Shown here one piece after another: positions 20,083 through 33,734 of a stretch of DNA of 64,000 nucleotides. How positions within the stretch are numbered: position 1 is the stretch's first letter; every line of letters begins with the position of its first letter. Source of the stretch: Paraspadella gotoi (taxonomy: Eukaryota; Animalia; Chaetognatha); assembly GCA_051294375.1 (NCBI GenBank), contig CM119265.1:482457-546456 (forward strand), read 5' to 3'. The translations under genes were made by a program, and so were the position numbers. The notes under the pieces were generated by a model, which saw only the letters and a list, made by a program, of their open reading frames with translations, did no database searches and had not been told where the DNA came from.

Positions 20083-20720
20083 AACAATAACCAAAAACAA
20101 CAAATTTCCACTGTTTGACTATCAGCTGCCAGAACCGGTCTTGGAATCCAGATCTTTCCTCCCATACAGCATCCCTCGGCCGTTTGGTTCTGACAATTGA
20201 TATCCGTCAATTAAGGTTTTATTGTAATATTTTTTGAATTTTGAACATTTTTTGGGTTTTTCCGTTTTTATATTTTATAAAGCATTGGGGTTATTATTTG
20301 GAGAAACGAATTGAAAACGAAGAGTCGGTCCAAGTTCATCATTTAAGAGAATTTAGAGATTTTACCCCAATCCCTAATAGTAATTTTAGTGTAATTTTTT
20401 AAACATCATACTTTCAACATTCATTTTGAACGACAACAATTATATTAATATTATTTAAGAACCATAATTCAAAACGCAGGGGATGGTAGCCACATCGATT
20501 AGATCATCCTCAATTATTATATCGAAATAGAATCCTGTCCGCGCCTAGGGATTCGATCCTGGTTTTTATCGAGCTCCTGGGACCCTTTGCTTTACAAGCC
20601 CGTTGCCATCCAGACGGCTGAAAGAAACTTTAGCTTTAAATCTTGAGTAATAATTTTAAAATCTAAGAATCCTTTTGTTTCCATCGGATTCAAAGTCTCG
20701 TAAACTCGAGATGAATCTTT
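20083..20720 (+). mobile_element. Relic E: 3' end of a C-family element (last pol codons, 3' UTR hairpin, PPT, start of 3' LTR)
   Basis: AAC-rich end to TGA at 20116-20118; hairpin 20120-20202 with TCTTTCCTCCC loop; CAGGGGA|TG at 20477-20485; 20530-20690 matches the reverse complement of LTR C (GCCATCCAGACGGC, CTGGGAC, GGATTCGA). Right boundary uncertain. Confidence 0.7.
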
Positions 20721-22029
20721 TTTATGAAAATATTTTTTGTTACTGATTGAAAAACTGATTGTTTTTATTTTTTAATGATTGTTTGTTCTTTAACTTCTCC
20801 ACGCGAATACATAAAAACTAATGTCAACTTATTTCCACTCTTGGTTTTGAAGTTAATTTTAAACTTTTGAAAAATTTTGAAGATTGCTTTATAGAACTAT
20901 ATTTTAATATGAATAAGGACAATTTTATATGATGAAACAATAATTTTTATGATAGTCCCTGAACTATTAAATAGTTCGAACAAGTTTTCCGGTTAAAATT
21001 AAAAACCTGGTTTAACGCAGTAATCAACTGACAAAATTTACTTATTTTTGTAAGTTATTCTTAATATAAAAATTATTATGGTGACTGGGACAAGTGAATT
21101 GAAAATAATTTTCCTCTCACTTTTAAAGATTAATAAAACCGCATAACAACAATGCCTCATATAAAACCTTATGTCATGTATTAAGATAAGTTAAAACGAT
21201 TTATTATCATTATAAAATTAAAAAAACTTATATTAAAAAAAACTTGGTCTTTTTCATTGCAAAATGGAATAGTAATTTACCTTCAATAATGCTTAAAAAA
21301 TATTAAATACCACAAAAAGGCATAAGAAATTTTTTGAATAGAGTGATTGAACAAAATTCCACAAGATCTTATTTGAACAATTAAGAATTGTAACATTTAG
21401 TAAGAACTTGTAATCAATTTAAATAAGCATAGTTTTTTATCTAAAAGGCGGTCAAAGATAAGTAACCCTATAAGAAAAAATAGTTTTGGGATTGGAAAGT
21501 TGTTTTTTTCGGTATAAAGCCCTTCAGAAATCGCTTTTCTGAACCCCTCTTTTTTTAAATTAAGATTAACCAGCTACTGCTGAGAAAGGATTTTTTTCTT
21601 GGAGGCATGTGGCAACCGTTGCGGACCCGAATCTTTCTGGGAGGAGGAATGAAGAAAGGAGGGTGAAGTTAGAAAGGAAAGCGGTAAATAGACCACGTCC
21701 CGGGGTCTATCTCCTTTTATTCTGATATAAAAACAGGTTTAGATTTTTTATGGTTTGAAAACGTTTTAAATTCTTTGTTCAAGCTTATAATTTTAATTTA
21801 GAAAAAGTCAAATGTAACCAGAAATTTTCTTAGATTATCATCATTTTTGTAATTTTAATATAATTAATTTAATCTTAATTGCTTTATAAAATCATAGAAC
21901 CAGAAAAATTGAGAAAACGCTTTTTTATTTTAATCCTGGGTGTAGTATTATATCAAAAGTTCAAAAAGTTAAGGGGGCATAAGAGGTCAATAATATCCCT
22001 ATTTTGTAATTAATGCCTACGTCGCTAAA

Positions 22030-22287
22030 TAAGCATGTCACCTTCAGATCATAACCCGGTGGCTCAAATTGAAGTAAAAGCCATCAAAGCGCATGACTAC
22101 GAGTACCGTGGATTCAAGTCCCAACCCTTCTCCTTGAGGGTAACCGAGGACGTCCGAAGCCCCTTTGGGTTCTGGAAAACTTCAAGGGAGCCTGGGTTTC
22201 CAAGCCAGGACCCGTTCCATGGCTGCTAGAAGGGGTTAAGGAAGTTTTGGATAACACTTCTTTTAGTCCACTTTTCGCGCCTTCAAT
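22030..22287 (+). mobile_element. Degenerate copy of the tRNA-containing small LTR family
   Basis: Colinear with 39879-40125 (TAAGCATG.CACCTTCAG...CAGGACCCGTTCCATGGCTGCTAGA). Confidence 0.7.
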
Positions 22288-22589
22288 ATTTTCGGTCATT
22301 CAATTCAATCATTTCAGAACATCCAATTATGCAAAAAAATGATTTTGGTCTGTCTCTTCTGTCCGTCCGTCCAGCCTGTAAAACTAAATGGTTGGCTTAT
22401 TGCATTCCCGACTACAGATTTACCCTCCCAAATTATATCCGGTGAAGCAGATCCCGGGGGCCATTGCTTGAAGTTTAATCTCTCTTTTTAGAGGCGTTTT
22501 ATTCACTCTTAACCAGGAAAATCCAACTAAGGTTTTAACTGAAACTTAATCAAACCTTATATACTTAGTTTTAAAACTTCTTTCCCATG

Positions 22590-22825
22590 TCCATCCTATA
22601 CCTTTCATCAATATCCCATACTATCCTAATCCATTCTAATCCTCCCATCCCTTCTATCTATGCCTTTCTATGTTATTCCTTTTTATATTAATCCGCACTT
22701 GTCTTATTCCATTCTATCCACTATCCCATCCTATCCTTATCCCGTTTTATCCTATCCCATTCTAATCTAGTCTCATTCTATGCCATCTCAAATCTTCCCT
22801 ATCCATTCTATTCTATCTCATTTCT
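22590..22825. repeat. Degenerate CTATC/CCATT pentamer array
   Basis: Visible 5-nt periodicity. Confidence 0.6.
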
Positions 22826-22997
22826 TAACATAAAGGTTTTTTGGAAAAATATAAAGTAATATGAGTAATTTAAATTTAATTAAATTATTAAAAAAATCAA
22901 AATTACCTTAACTTTTGTCTAAAATTTTTATTGACTTAAAAAAAAAGTTTTACTATATTATTAATTTAAATACAAAATAATATTTTTCTTCATTGTT

Positions 22998-25900
22998 TTA
23001 AGTTTCATCCAACAGAAGAATGATTCCTGGTAGAAATAGTTTTTGGATGATTATCTTTAACGTAAAATCTCCAACAATCTGAAAAAAATGAGTATTTAAT
23101 GCAATAAACCAAGTTTAAGCAAACAATGCCGGTCTGCCCAAACGGATCATTTTAAGCGGTAAACGAAGCTGAAATCAGATAATTAATTTATCTCATGTCA
23201 AAACTCGTTTTCCACTTTGTATCGCCTCTCAAATCACAAAAACAACAATCTCGATCACAAAATTTAATTAATAATTAATTAATAATTAATTATTTAATTA
23301 ATTGTAATATTAATTATTATTTAATGCAGCTTTGAATTTACATTTAATATAAAAATAAAAAAGCATAAAATGGTGAAAATAGATTGTTTTGTTTTTTTCC
23401 TTTATTTCCAGCTCAGTCACCACACTTTCCTACCCACAAACACACAATTCATTCGGCAATTCATTCCATCATTAATCAACGAATAATTGGTTTTTTGTTG
23501 CTAAGGTGGGCGGAAATACAAACTGACAGACATACAGTAACAGACAGACAGTAAGAAACAGACTTTTTTTTTTGGCAAATATTTAAAATCATAATTCAAT
23601 ATTCCCTGATATGATATATGTGAAAATGCCCATAAGCAGATTGCGGAAGGCGGCCGACGACGACAATGGCGAATTATAGAGCTAAAATCTGCTGTAAGCA
23701 GATCCGGCTAAAATTTCTAACGATAAAACTATAAAAACAAAAAACTAATTTAGTCACTTTTAATTCTGTTAAACATTACATTCATAATAAAAAGTGGACA
23801 TTGCATTTATTAAAGTTATAAATTGAACAGTTAAAGGAACAACATATTAACATCAACCAAACAAACTGAAATGTTATTGGAATTTTTTCAATTGATTTAT
23901 TAAACATTGTGTTTTTTTTTATTTTTAAATAACATAATAAACTAAATTTTAAAGTTTCCATTTATTTATATCAATTGTTGCTTTAGGAAAAATAGTTTGG
24001 TGTTAATTTCCTTTCGTTTTGTTGTTTTTATGTTACGATTTAGAGAAAAACTTTATTCCTCTCTCTCTTTTTCTCTCTCATAGTGTTCTCTCTCTTCTCC
24101 TTCTCTCTCTCTCAATATCTCTCACTCGTCTCTCCTCTTCTTCTCTCTCTCTTTCCTCTTCTCTCTTCTGACCAATTGTTAAGAAGAAGAAAATTGGGTC
24201 TGATTTTTTCCCAAAAACAGGTCTCGTGTGCCTGAATGAGGCTTAAGAAACATAAAACATCAACTTTGTTTTCTCTAAAAAAGGAAATAGTTTGAAATAA
24301 AAAATTGTAATTTGTTTACAAACGCTTTTTTTAAGAAACAAATAACAAAATAATGTTTCGAATTGTTTTGAAAGAATGAAAAAGAAAAAAGATATGAAAT
24401 ACATTGTTTGAAATCACATTCAAATTCTCAAACTATAATACTAATAAATCTATGGTTTAACTTATTTATGGGATTTAACTTATTTAATTATGGATTTAAC
24501 CTATTATTATGGATTTTAACTTATTTAACTTATGGAATTTAACTTATTCTTTTTTTTTTACCTTTAACTATTCTCCCCTGCCATGTTGACGACAAAACAT
24601 CCATGATTGCGTTTAAAACCTTTTTCGTTCCATATATCCATACTTGGAATCCAAGAGAATGTTCCTGAAAAAATTTTTTTTGTGGAAATAGCATACATAA
24701 CGATAATTCTTGAAATATTTGAAATATTTTTTATGAAAAAAAAAATAAGCTAAGAAACTTGTGTCCTTTTTTTTGTTTTATCAATTTTATTTTGTTATTG
24801 GGTAATGTTCGTATCAAAGAATTCGCAAAAAGCAACTTTCAAATATTAGCCTTGATTAATAACGTGCATAAATTGATTGAATTTGAACCAAATAAAACTG
24901 GGCTGGACCACTGGATTGATTGAAAACCCATTTCCCCATTTTCTAATAAAGAATTAATATCATTTTGCAAGTTTGAAAAGAAAAAAAATGTCCATTTTTG
25001 TCCATTTTGGACTTTTTGTCCATTGAAGAATTTGAAATGCCCAAGATGCTTTTGAGAAATTTTTTTTTTATTTCGGGGGGGTTTTTCAGGTCCTTTTTTA
25101 TTTCCCCTTACTGTGAAAAAGGTCAGCTCATTTCCAATTGAAGAAAAAATCCATTGTTTTGGCTTTTTTTGAATTTTTTAAATTTTTTTAAGATTCACTT
25201 GTAAAAAATATCCCATTTAGTTTTACAATTTGGTTAAAAAAAAATAGTTTTGATTTGACTGACAATTCTAAGCAAATATTCTTTATCACCTGATGTTCCA
25301 TACTAAAAAAAATTAGAAAAAATTTAAGTCAACTTTTAATTTGTGGGAAGGTTTTTGAGGTGAAATTTTTTTTAAAAACTAATTTTATAGTTTCATCAGA
25401 TGAAAGAAACATACAATGTTCAATTAATTTAAAATAAAGACCCGCATTCTTTTAATGTCATGGGAAAAAGCGTTAGGAAAACCTTTTTCTTTCCAATCGA
25501 CACTTTTTGTGGAAATCATGAATCATACATCTACCTATTACTTATCAGGTCAGATTCCGACCTCTTTAAATTCAACTTTGTCGGTCCGTCGGTTCCCCGA
25601 CCCCCTCAATATTGTCGGGCACACACTTATATCATGTCAGAACATACGAATTATGATTCAAATTCAAAAATGATGTCCGTTCCGTTGTCCGTTCCGTCCC
25701 GTGACCAACCTTTTAGAAAAAAACACATTCCGTGAATTGGGTAATGGATGGAATTTGAATGAAGATTTTGTGTGGTGGGTAGGGAAGTGTGTGATTGAGC
25801 TGGATATGAATGGTATAATTCTGAAGTGGATGAGTTTATTCCTAGCCCCTGCAAAAAAAAACAATAATTTCACTATAAGAAATACCCAATTGCTCCAATG

Positions 25901-27432
25901 AATTGGATAAGGGCGATTGAATTTGGAATTTTTATTTGTAGGAAAGTGTTTGATCCGCTGGAAATAAAGTTTTCGATGGAAATCCGGTTTGAAGTGGAAA
26001 ATGAGTTTGAAATGGAAAAAACTAAAAAACCTGTTTCTCTAAATTGATTATGCTTCTTTTTCTTTTTATATTAATGTAAATGTAGGATATATTATCTTAT
26101 CAAATAATTAAATCATGACTTAATCAATTAGTCAATTAATTTAATAATAAATTAATAAGTCTCAATCAGTCTAATCGGTTTTATTGCTTTTAATTGTGGT
26201 TAGTGACGAAAAAACCTAAAAACAAAACATTTGGGGAATAAATTTATTATTTGCCTAATTAATTAATTAAATTAACTTGAATTAGTTTATTTATTAAAAT
26301 TTAAATTAATTACCGAATAATGAATGTGGGCAAGATCCCGACATTGTTTGCTCTAAACTTGTTTTTTTTCTTACAATACATTTTAAAGAATTTTAAGAGA
26401 AAGAAAGAATAGGAAATAGGGAAGAAAAGAGAATCAGAGAGGGAGAAGAAAAGAAGAAGATAAAGAGGAAGGAAAATGGTATAGGAGAAAATATGGAGGG
26501 GCAAAGAAAGTCTAATTAAAAAAACGACATAACTCTTACGAGCAATTTAAATTCTTTAAAAAGCTGCTCTTTACAAAACAAGTTTGGGAGCTAACAATGT
26601 CGGATCTGCCCACGATCCAAATAATCGATTTTCAAAAGCATTGGCATTTCAAAATTCTCAAGCAAAAAGTCAAAAATAGACAAAAATGGACATTTATTTT
26701 TCCTAAACTTGAAAATGATATTAAATTCTTGATTAGAAAATGTGGGAATGGTTTCTATCAATCAGTGGTCCAGCCAGTTTGGTATTTTGGGTTCGATTGT
26801 CGTAAGAAATCATATATAACGTATTTTGAAAGGCCATAGAAATTCCATAAAGTGGGATTTTATGTTATGAGGATGAAAGAATAACTCCCTATGCCACGTT
26901 TTTTAAATGAAGAATTTTAAATATTTATCCAGTGAGAACAAAAGAAATAATAATTATTTATGTTCCAATTTCATTGTTGAAAATACCCGAATCAAAATCA
27001 CAGCCTACTGTTTATTATTACAGTATTTTTTTGTTTTTTTTCCTGCCTAATCATGAAGAAACATTCTGAGCCTGATTAAGCTAAAATTTAGCCTAAGTAA
27101 TCATCTATTATCTCTATAAGTAAATTCTAAACTTAAAATTAGGTATATTTTGATTATTTTTATACGATGAAATATGCTTTTTTTTATTTCGTTGAGTTAA
27201 ACCATCATTAAGAATAAATTCAATTAAATCAATCAAGTTAAATAAAAAATGAAGCAAATTTAATATTCACTCACGATTTTCTCTTGAATGATAGGCCTCA
27301 ATTTCTGAATGATGTCACCGACTCCAGGAATGAGATCAAGAATTCCAAATTCACTCAAATCCAAATCACTTAAATCTAAATTCTTCACAGAATTCAAGTT
27401 TTCCTTTGGAAAGAAAAAAGAAAGAATTGCTT

Positions 27433-27495
<63 letters not shown>

Positions 27496-27619
27496 TTCTC
27501 TCTCTCTCCATCTCTATCTCTCTCTTTAACCCTGTCTTTACCGCATTAGAGTGAATTGGTGTGGCCCAAGCGGCCTCCAACGCAACAACAGAAAAGATCG
27601 CCAAAATTGTCAACTTCAT
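22998..27619 (-). CDS. Putative secreted protein, multi-exon, function unknown
   Basis: Exon 27619-27542 encodes signal peptide MKLTILAIFSVVALEAAWA; GT-AG exons 27403-27275 and 24664-24562; further noisy candidates ~24240-24172 and ~23078-22998. Confidence 0.5.
23110..23710. repeat. Dispersed non-autonomous repeat with (CTGT/CCGT)n core, DINE/Helentron-like; related copies ~25545-26000, 28057-28760, 37555-38155
   Basis: Shared AAGTTT.AGCAAACAA.GCCGG.TCTG, AAGTTTCGATGGAATC and GTCCGTCTGTCC blocks in both orientations. Confidence 0.5.
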
Positions 27620-28394
27620 TCTTCGTCAATTGTTTGTTTTTTAAAGAGAAAAAATGGAAAAAAATTTTGATTTTTATACTTTGTTTGGATACTGTGTGAG
27701 TCAGTAAGTTCGAATTCTTTTACAAGTTAAATTTTTAGATTAATTTTTAATTTATTATTTATCATAATAAAAAGTAATTCTTTATATTTACATAACTTTC
27801 TTGGTAAAATTATGAAAAACTTTAATGAGACGAAAATATTTTAAATATACGGATTTTAATATGATAGAATTTATTAAGTAATAATATAAATTTCAGAAGT
27901 CTGCATTCATTATGATCATCGCTGTAAATCGTAATCTATTTTACGATAAAAAATAAAAAGATCTTTTGTTCGATTTTTATTGAAAACAAAGAATTCAGTG
28001 TCTCTAGTGAATGATAACAAAAATTACAAAGGCCTTTTCACAATTTTCTAATTAAGAAGTTTGAGCAAACAACGCCGGATCTGAACGCGGGCATTTTGCG
28101 TAACAGCCAGTAATCAGATGATAAATTATGAGTAATTATGCATTTTTTTATTTGATATAACTCGCTAACAATTTTCATAATTTATAGTTTTTTCATCTGG
28201 TAGCTGTTTTAATTTTGGTGATAATGCAGATTTGTAGTTGTGTTTTTAATTGTAATAATTCTAATTCAACACGAAAAATAGGCAAAATTAAATAGTTAAG
28301 CGTAATTTTAGTTTTCTTTTAATAATTGATTGATTAATTTATTGATATATTTTTTTTGATAAGATAATTGATTGAAAAATTAATTGATTGATTA

Positions 28395-28444
<50 letters not shown>

Positions 28445-28880
28445 AAAATAGATTTATTGATTAATTGATAGATTAATTTATTGATTGATTAATTAACATT
28501 TATATAAAAAAGAAAAAAGTATAATCAAATTGTTTTTTCCACGTGAACTCAATTCCACTCGAACGATTCCATCAAAACTTGATTTCAGCTTACTTCCATC
28601 ACACACTTTCCTACCTAAATATAATTTCAATTAAATCGCCCCATCCACTTCTGAGTAATTGGCTTTCAAATTTAAGCCCACTGCGTGCAGTGAAAGATCT
28701 GTGAATATGAATGGCAAAGAAGAACTGGGACGTCAACCGAGATTAGGATTCACACGAGGCTGTGAATACAAGTGAATGCAATGAGTAAATAACATCCATT
28801 AGTAAATATTAAGTCACTGAATTGTCTCCTTCATGATATTTACTTATTTTTTGTTCCCTTAAAAAATTAAACCGACTTCG

Positions 28881-28958
<78 letters not shown>

Positions 28959-29104
28959 ACGACAACTACAACGATTAATTCATTTCCAACATGAACACAA
29001 AAAAAAAAATTACATTCATTGGAGATTTATTCTATTATAAAAAAGTTAAACTTAGCGACCTAAAACGAAATGTTTAAATATTAATTGAATAATTTAAAAT
29101 TAAT

Positions 29105-30026
29105 TCACTGAATGCCACATTGACAAACGCGAGAAGAACAAAATCGTTCGCCGACAGAAGATGAATCGATAAGAAGGACGAAATTGTCGCTCGCCGTTGT
29201 TGTCGTCGTCGTCGTCGTCATCGTCTTCTTCGTCGTCGTCGTCGTCTTCTTCGTCGTCGTCGTGGCCCTCGCCGCCTCCGCCGCCTCCGCCGCCTCCGCC
29301 GCCTCCGCCGCCGCTAAGAACGCTTCCTCAATTCTGCCTCCAGTCGCCGATGAAGTTAAAATGATATTCACATTTTTATTTTTCATTAAATGAGAAAATT
29401 TTTTTAATTATTGCCTCGTCGTCGTTGTAGTCGTCGTCATCGTCGTCATCGTCGTCGTCGTTATAGTCGTCGAGGTCGTCGTAATCCTTGTCGTCGTCTT
29501 TTCCTTTTTCGTTTTTCTTGACTAAATTTTTTTTCTCAAATCAAAATCTTCATTTTTAATTTTTTCCCAAATTAAATCTTCTTTTGTCTGAAATAAATCT
29601 TTCTTCCTTCGAACTAAATCCATCTTAGTTCCGTACCGAAAACGATGGGCGGATTAAATGAAGGAAGAAAAGTTGAAATTGAATCTAAAAAACTTGAATC
29701 TTGGACGCAAGAGAATGAGGCTGTTTGACCTGTTCCATCAATCGGACTTTGAATGCCCCGCATGATGGAATCCTTACTGGTAGAAGTGAAAGTGGTCGAA
29801 ATAGATGTTGCGCCGAGGGTAGTGCTGGAGGCGATAATGGAAGCGGATGTGGAAGCGGGTGCGGAAGCGATCGTGGAAACGGATGTAGAGGCGGAAGCGG
29901 TCGTGGAAGCAGAAGCGGCTGCTCTTCGTAGTTGAGTAACGAGATAATCAGCGAATGAAAGAGAAAGTGAATCAATGAGATTAAAGACGACGATGAAAAC
30001 TGAAGGAGAATGAAGAGGAAGAGAAT

Positions 30027-30064
<38 letters not shown>

Positions 30065-31416
30065 CCTTTTCCTCGAAGTTCCTCATCTTTTATCCATTCA
30101 TTCGTTGAAAGCGAAGTTAATAATCTGAATTTTTAACAATTTTTATTTTTAAATTTAATTCAAGATAGCTTTCTTTTTTCAAAAATCAATATTACAATGT
30201 TGTTATATTATTCACTTGACTAAAAACTAATTTTTAAAGACTTTTACCCCCTCTCCCTGTTCCCCTCCTCTCCCCCTCCCTCCCCCTCATCTCCTCCCTC
30301 TTCTCGTCTCTCCTCCCTCCCCATACTGACCTCTCCTTTCCCACCCGCCTCCCCCCTCTCCCTTCTCTCCCTCTCTCTCCTCATCCACCTCCTCTCTCCC
30401 TCTCTCTCCTCTCTCTCTCATCTCATCTCTCTCTCGTCTCTCTTACCTCTCTATCTCTCTCTCTCCCTCCAATCAAGCCCCTCATCTCTTATCCTCATCC
30501 TTCATAATTGCACTTCTCTCCTCTCTCTCACTCCTCCTCTCTATCTCCCTCTCTCATCTCCTCCCCTCCCTCTTCCCCCTCCACTCGTTTGTTCCTGTCA
30601 CACTTCTCGCGCTCTCGCTTCTCTTTCTCTCCTTCTCTCTCCCGCACCCCTCTCATCATCTCTCCATTCTCCGCTTCGTCCCCTCTCTCTTCCTCCTCCT
30701 CCTCTCCCTCCTCGCCTCTCCATCTCTCCTCCTCCTCCCCATCTCCATCCTCTAACACTCTCTCTCCTCTTCCTCTTCCCTCTCATCATCTCTCTCTCTT
30801 CTCCTCTCTCTCTCTCCTCTTCTCTTCCCCTCCCTCTCCCTTCCTCTCCCTCTCCCTCTCTCTCTCCTTCTCACCTTCCGATCCCAACGTCATCCCAAAT
30901 TTCCAAATCTTTTCTTTTATTTTTCTTATTTTTTGTTTCGATGCTAATTTCGTATCTCGTTGGTTCGTGTCGACGCGCCGACACCGGCAGCGTCGGCAGC
31001 CGCGGTTCGGCGTCGACGGCGGCGGCTGCTCCGATGGGCGGCGGCAGCAGCGGAGATCGATCGTCCAGCAGCCGATGAAGGAGACTCGATTTGCCGACCC
31101 CGCGGGCGCCAATGAGAAATACTCGGGTCGGCAATCGGCGCCGCAAGAGAAGATGGCGAGGTGCGGATCGAGTAGATTGCAGCCCGGATCGGCCTGATTG
31201 CAGCACGGATCGGCCCGATTGCGGTGCTGATGTGAGAAGAGATAAGGCGCCAGGAAATTTGTGTTTAAAATCTCGAGGCGAAAGATCGAGAGAAGAATCG
31301 AAAGCAAAGTCTGAGGAGGAGAAAGAGGAAGAGGAAAAGTCATTCATGATTGCTGGAGGATCAATGCTGCAAGAGGGGCTGCGGCAAAAGTGTTGCGGGA
31401 CGAGATTTTGCAGCAT
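29105..31416 (-). CDS. Ras-superfamily small GTPase-like gene with low-complexity insertions (frame breaks near 29630 and 29525)
   Basis: G1 RVFLIGARGVGKSSLL, G3 LEIWDDVG, intron ~30875-30125, FIVVFNLID..LVTQLRR, G4 GTKMDLVR, G5-like LTSSATGGRIEEAF, terminal CGIQ* CaaX. Confidence 0.65.
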
Positions 31417-32340
31417 GAGAGCTGGCCAAAAACAATCGCAAAAATTGACGCAGCAACGAGAGAAATGATTTAAAATGTTTTTTTTTTTAATCTTTGCAGC
31501 AAAAAATAAAAATTTCCCTAAAAAATTCTCCCATTTATATTTTTGGAGAAAATATTATTTGAGAGTTTGTGGTTTTTTTTATTTAATAAATGTTTTGCTT
31601 TTGGTTTAATTTTGCGGCGAAATTTAATCTGAGTTTGAATCGAAATTCAAACTTTTGGCTAAAAACTTATGAGGGTAGTATCAAAGTATTATTCAGATCT
31701 TTTTTGATTTAATTATGAATCATTCAACTAAAATTTTCCAGGGAAGTTGACTAGTTATCGACAAAGAACAAGTCAATTCCCAAGTGTTGCTTACAATTTT
31801 AGCCTCATTACAAACCTCATTTGCATATTATATTTCATTTAAAAGAAAAAGCATAACGATAATAATAATATAATAAAGAATGAAAATTTACACATATATT
31901 ATCTCTTTTTCAGTACATGTCAACCAATTATTAACTACATTGGCTCACAATCTTTCTGAGGGGGGGATGACAACGCAGAGAATGGATTATCAAGTGGCTT
32001 GTCTCTCTTGGCTTCTCCGTCTTTCTTCTGCATAATCTACATATTTTGTATATCAATTATCATCATCCCAACGTGTTCTTATGTCGATAAAACTCCTCCT
32101 ATTTCTCCCTTATTTAACCACGCCTACTTCCTTTGTTGAAAGGATAATAGTTACTGCTATAAATACAGATCGACAAAAAAAAAAATTACTCTGTCATTAT
32201 TAACGGCAACATTACAATTTACTTTTGATCATGTTATATTAATAATCGTCTTGTAATGATGCCTCTTGTAAAAATAAGTCAGGAAATTCTCAAGATGTGA
32301 TATCATTGTTCTTTTGATAAAACATTAACTAAAGTAATTT

Positions 32341-32598
32341 TGTAGATAAGGCTAAAAGTGAGCTTAAGACTATTCTACTTATCTTCTCAGCAGTAATGGA
32401 ACGGGTCCATGGCTTGGAACCAGGCTTGGGGGTATTCCAGGCCCCCAAGGCGGTTTACGGCCGTCCTCACGCTTCCCGCGGGGTAAGTACCATTGGAGAT
32501 CGATAACGATAGCTTATGGTCATAAGCTGATGGGATTACTCAGTGAGTCACCGGTTCACGACTGAAGGTAACATTCTTATATGCAATGTCTGACTGCA
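32341..32598 (-). mobile_element. Solo LTR of the tRNA-containing small LTR family
   Basis: Reverse-complement match to 39846-40129; termini TGCAG...CTACA. Confidence 0.75.
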
Positions 32599-32833
32599 AA
32601 TGTTAGAATAAATTAAACACTAATCCAAAGAAAGATTTCTATGTAATTAATACATATTTAATTACATTATGAATGATCTAATCTAACTTTACTTTAAAAA
32701 AAGAATAATTAAACCATAAATTATATTTAAGTAAACAATTTGGATGACCAAAACGAGCGGGTTAATGTTTAACAGTATTGATGAACAGTATTAATGATTA
32801 TTGTGTTGCATAATTATCATTACATCAATAAAT

Positions 32834-32959
32834 TCAGTTAACAGTCGAATCTTCTTTATCTTCTTTTCTCTTTTTCTTTCTGTCTTCCTCTTTTTCTCCT
32901 TCATTCTCTAACTTGGCCTCAAGATCATCATCATCTTCATCTTTAATATCATCGCCATT

Positions 32960-32992
<33 letters not shown>

Positions 32993-33690
32993 GTCATCAT
33001 CGTCATTTTTCTCATCCAAATCAACTTCTGTTGTACGAAAATAAATTCCTGTTGTTCGTTTTCTCTTTTGCGACACAATCACGATATCTTTTTCCCCCTA
33101 AACAAAAAAAATATCAAAAATATCATAAGATATGTCAGAAAATGTCATCATAAGACAGGAACCTGTAATTGGACATGGAACGGAGTGTGGCGGTCTTTAA
33201 ATATTCCGCTTTTTGCCAGCATCGCGACGCGACATGAAAATGCCGAGGATAATATACAGTTGAGGCATTGAAATGCAGAAAGACCTAGAAAAGTATAAAA
33301 AATGAATGCGGTTGGTGTATAAATATGCAGAAAGGCATAATAACATCAAATAATAATTATAATTAAAATAATTAATTTAAATACAGAAAGATCTAACTAA
33401 TAAGATCTTATACTAAAGAATGCAGAAAGGCCTAACCATAAAAATGATTAATTCAGTTAGGGCATTGAAATGCAGAAAGAACTTATAAAAACTAAAATAT
33501 TAAAAGGAATTTTGAATTGAAAAACTAGGAACAATACAAATTTGCCAAGTAGAATATCATTTACCTAAAGCTATAATGATGAAAATATCTTTTTCCTCTT
33601 TTTGAAAAGTGTGACCGTCAGTTGTGTGATTAACAAGGCCCAATCTTTTAAAAAATATTTTATTTATACAAATTATTAATTATTTAAATT

Positions 33691-33734
<44 letters not shown>

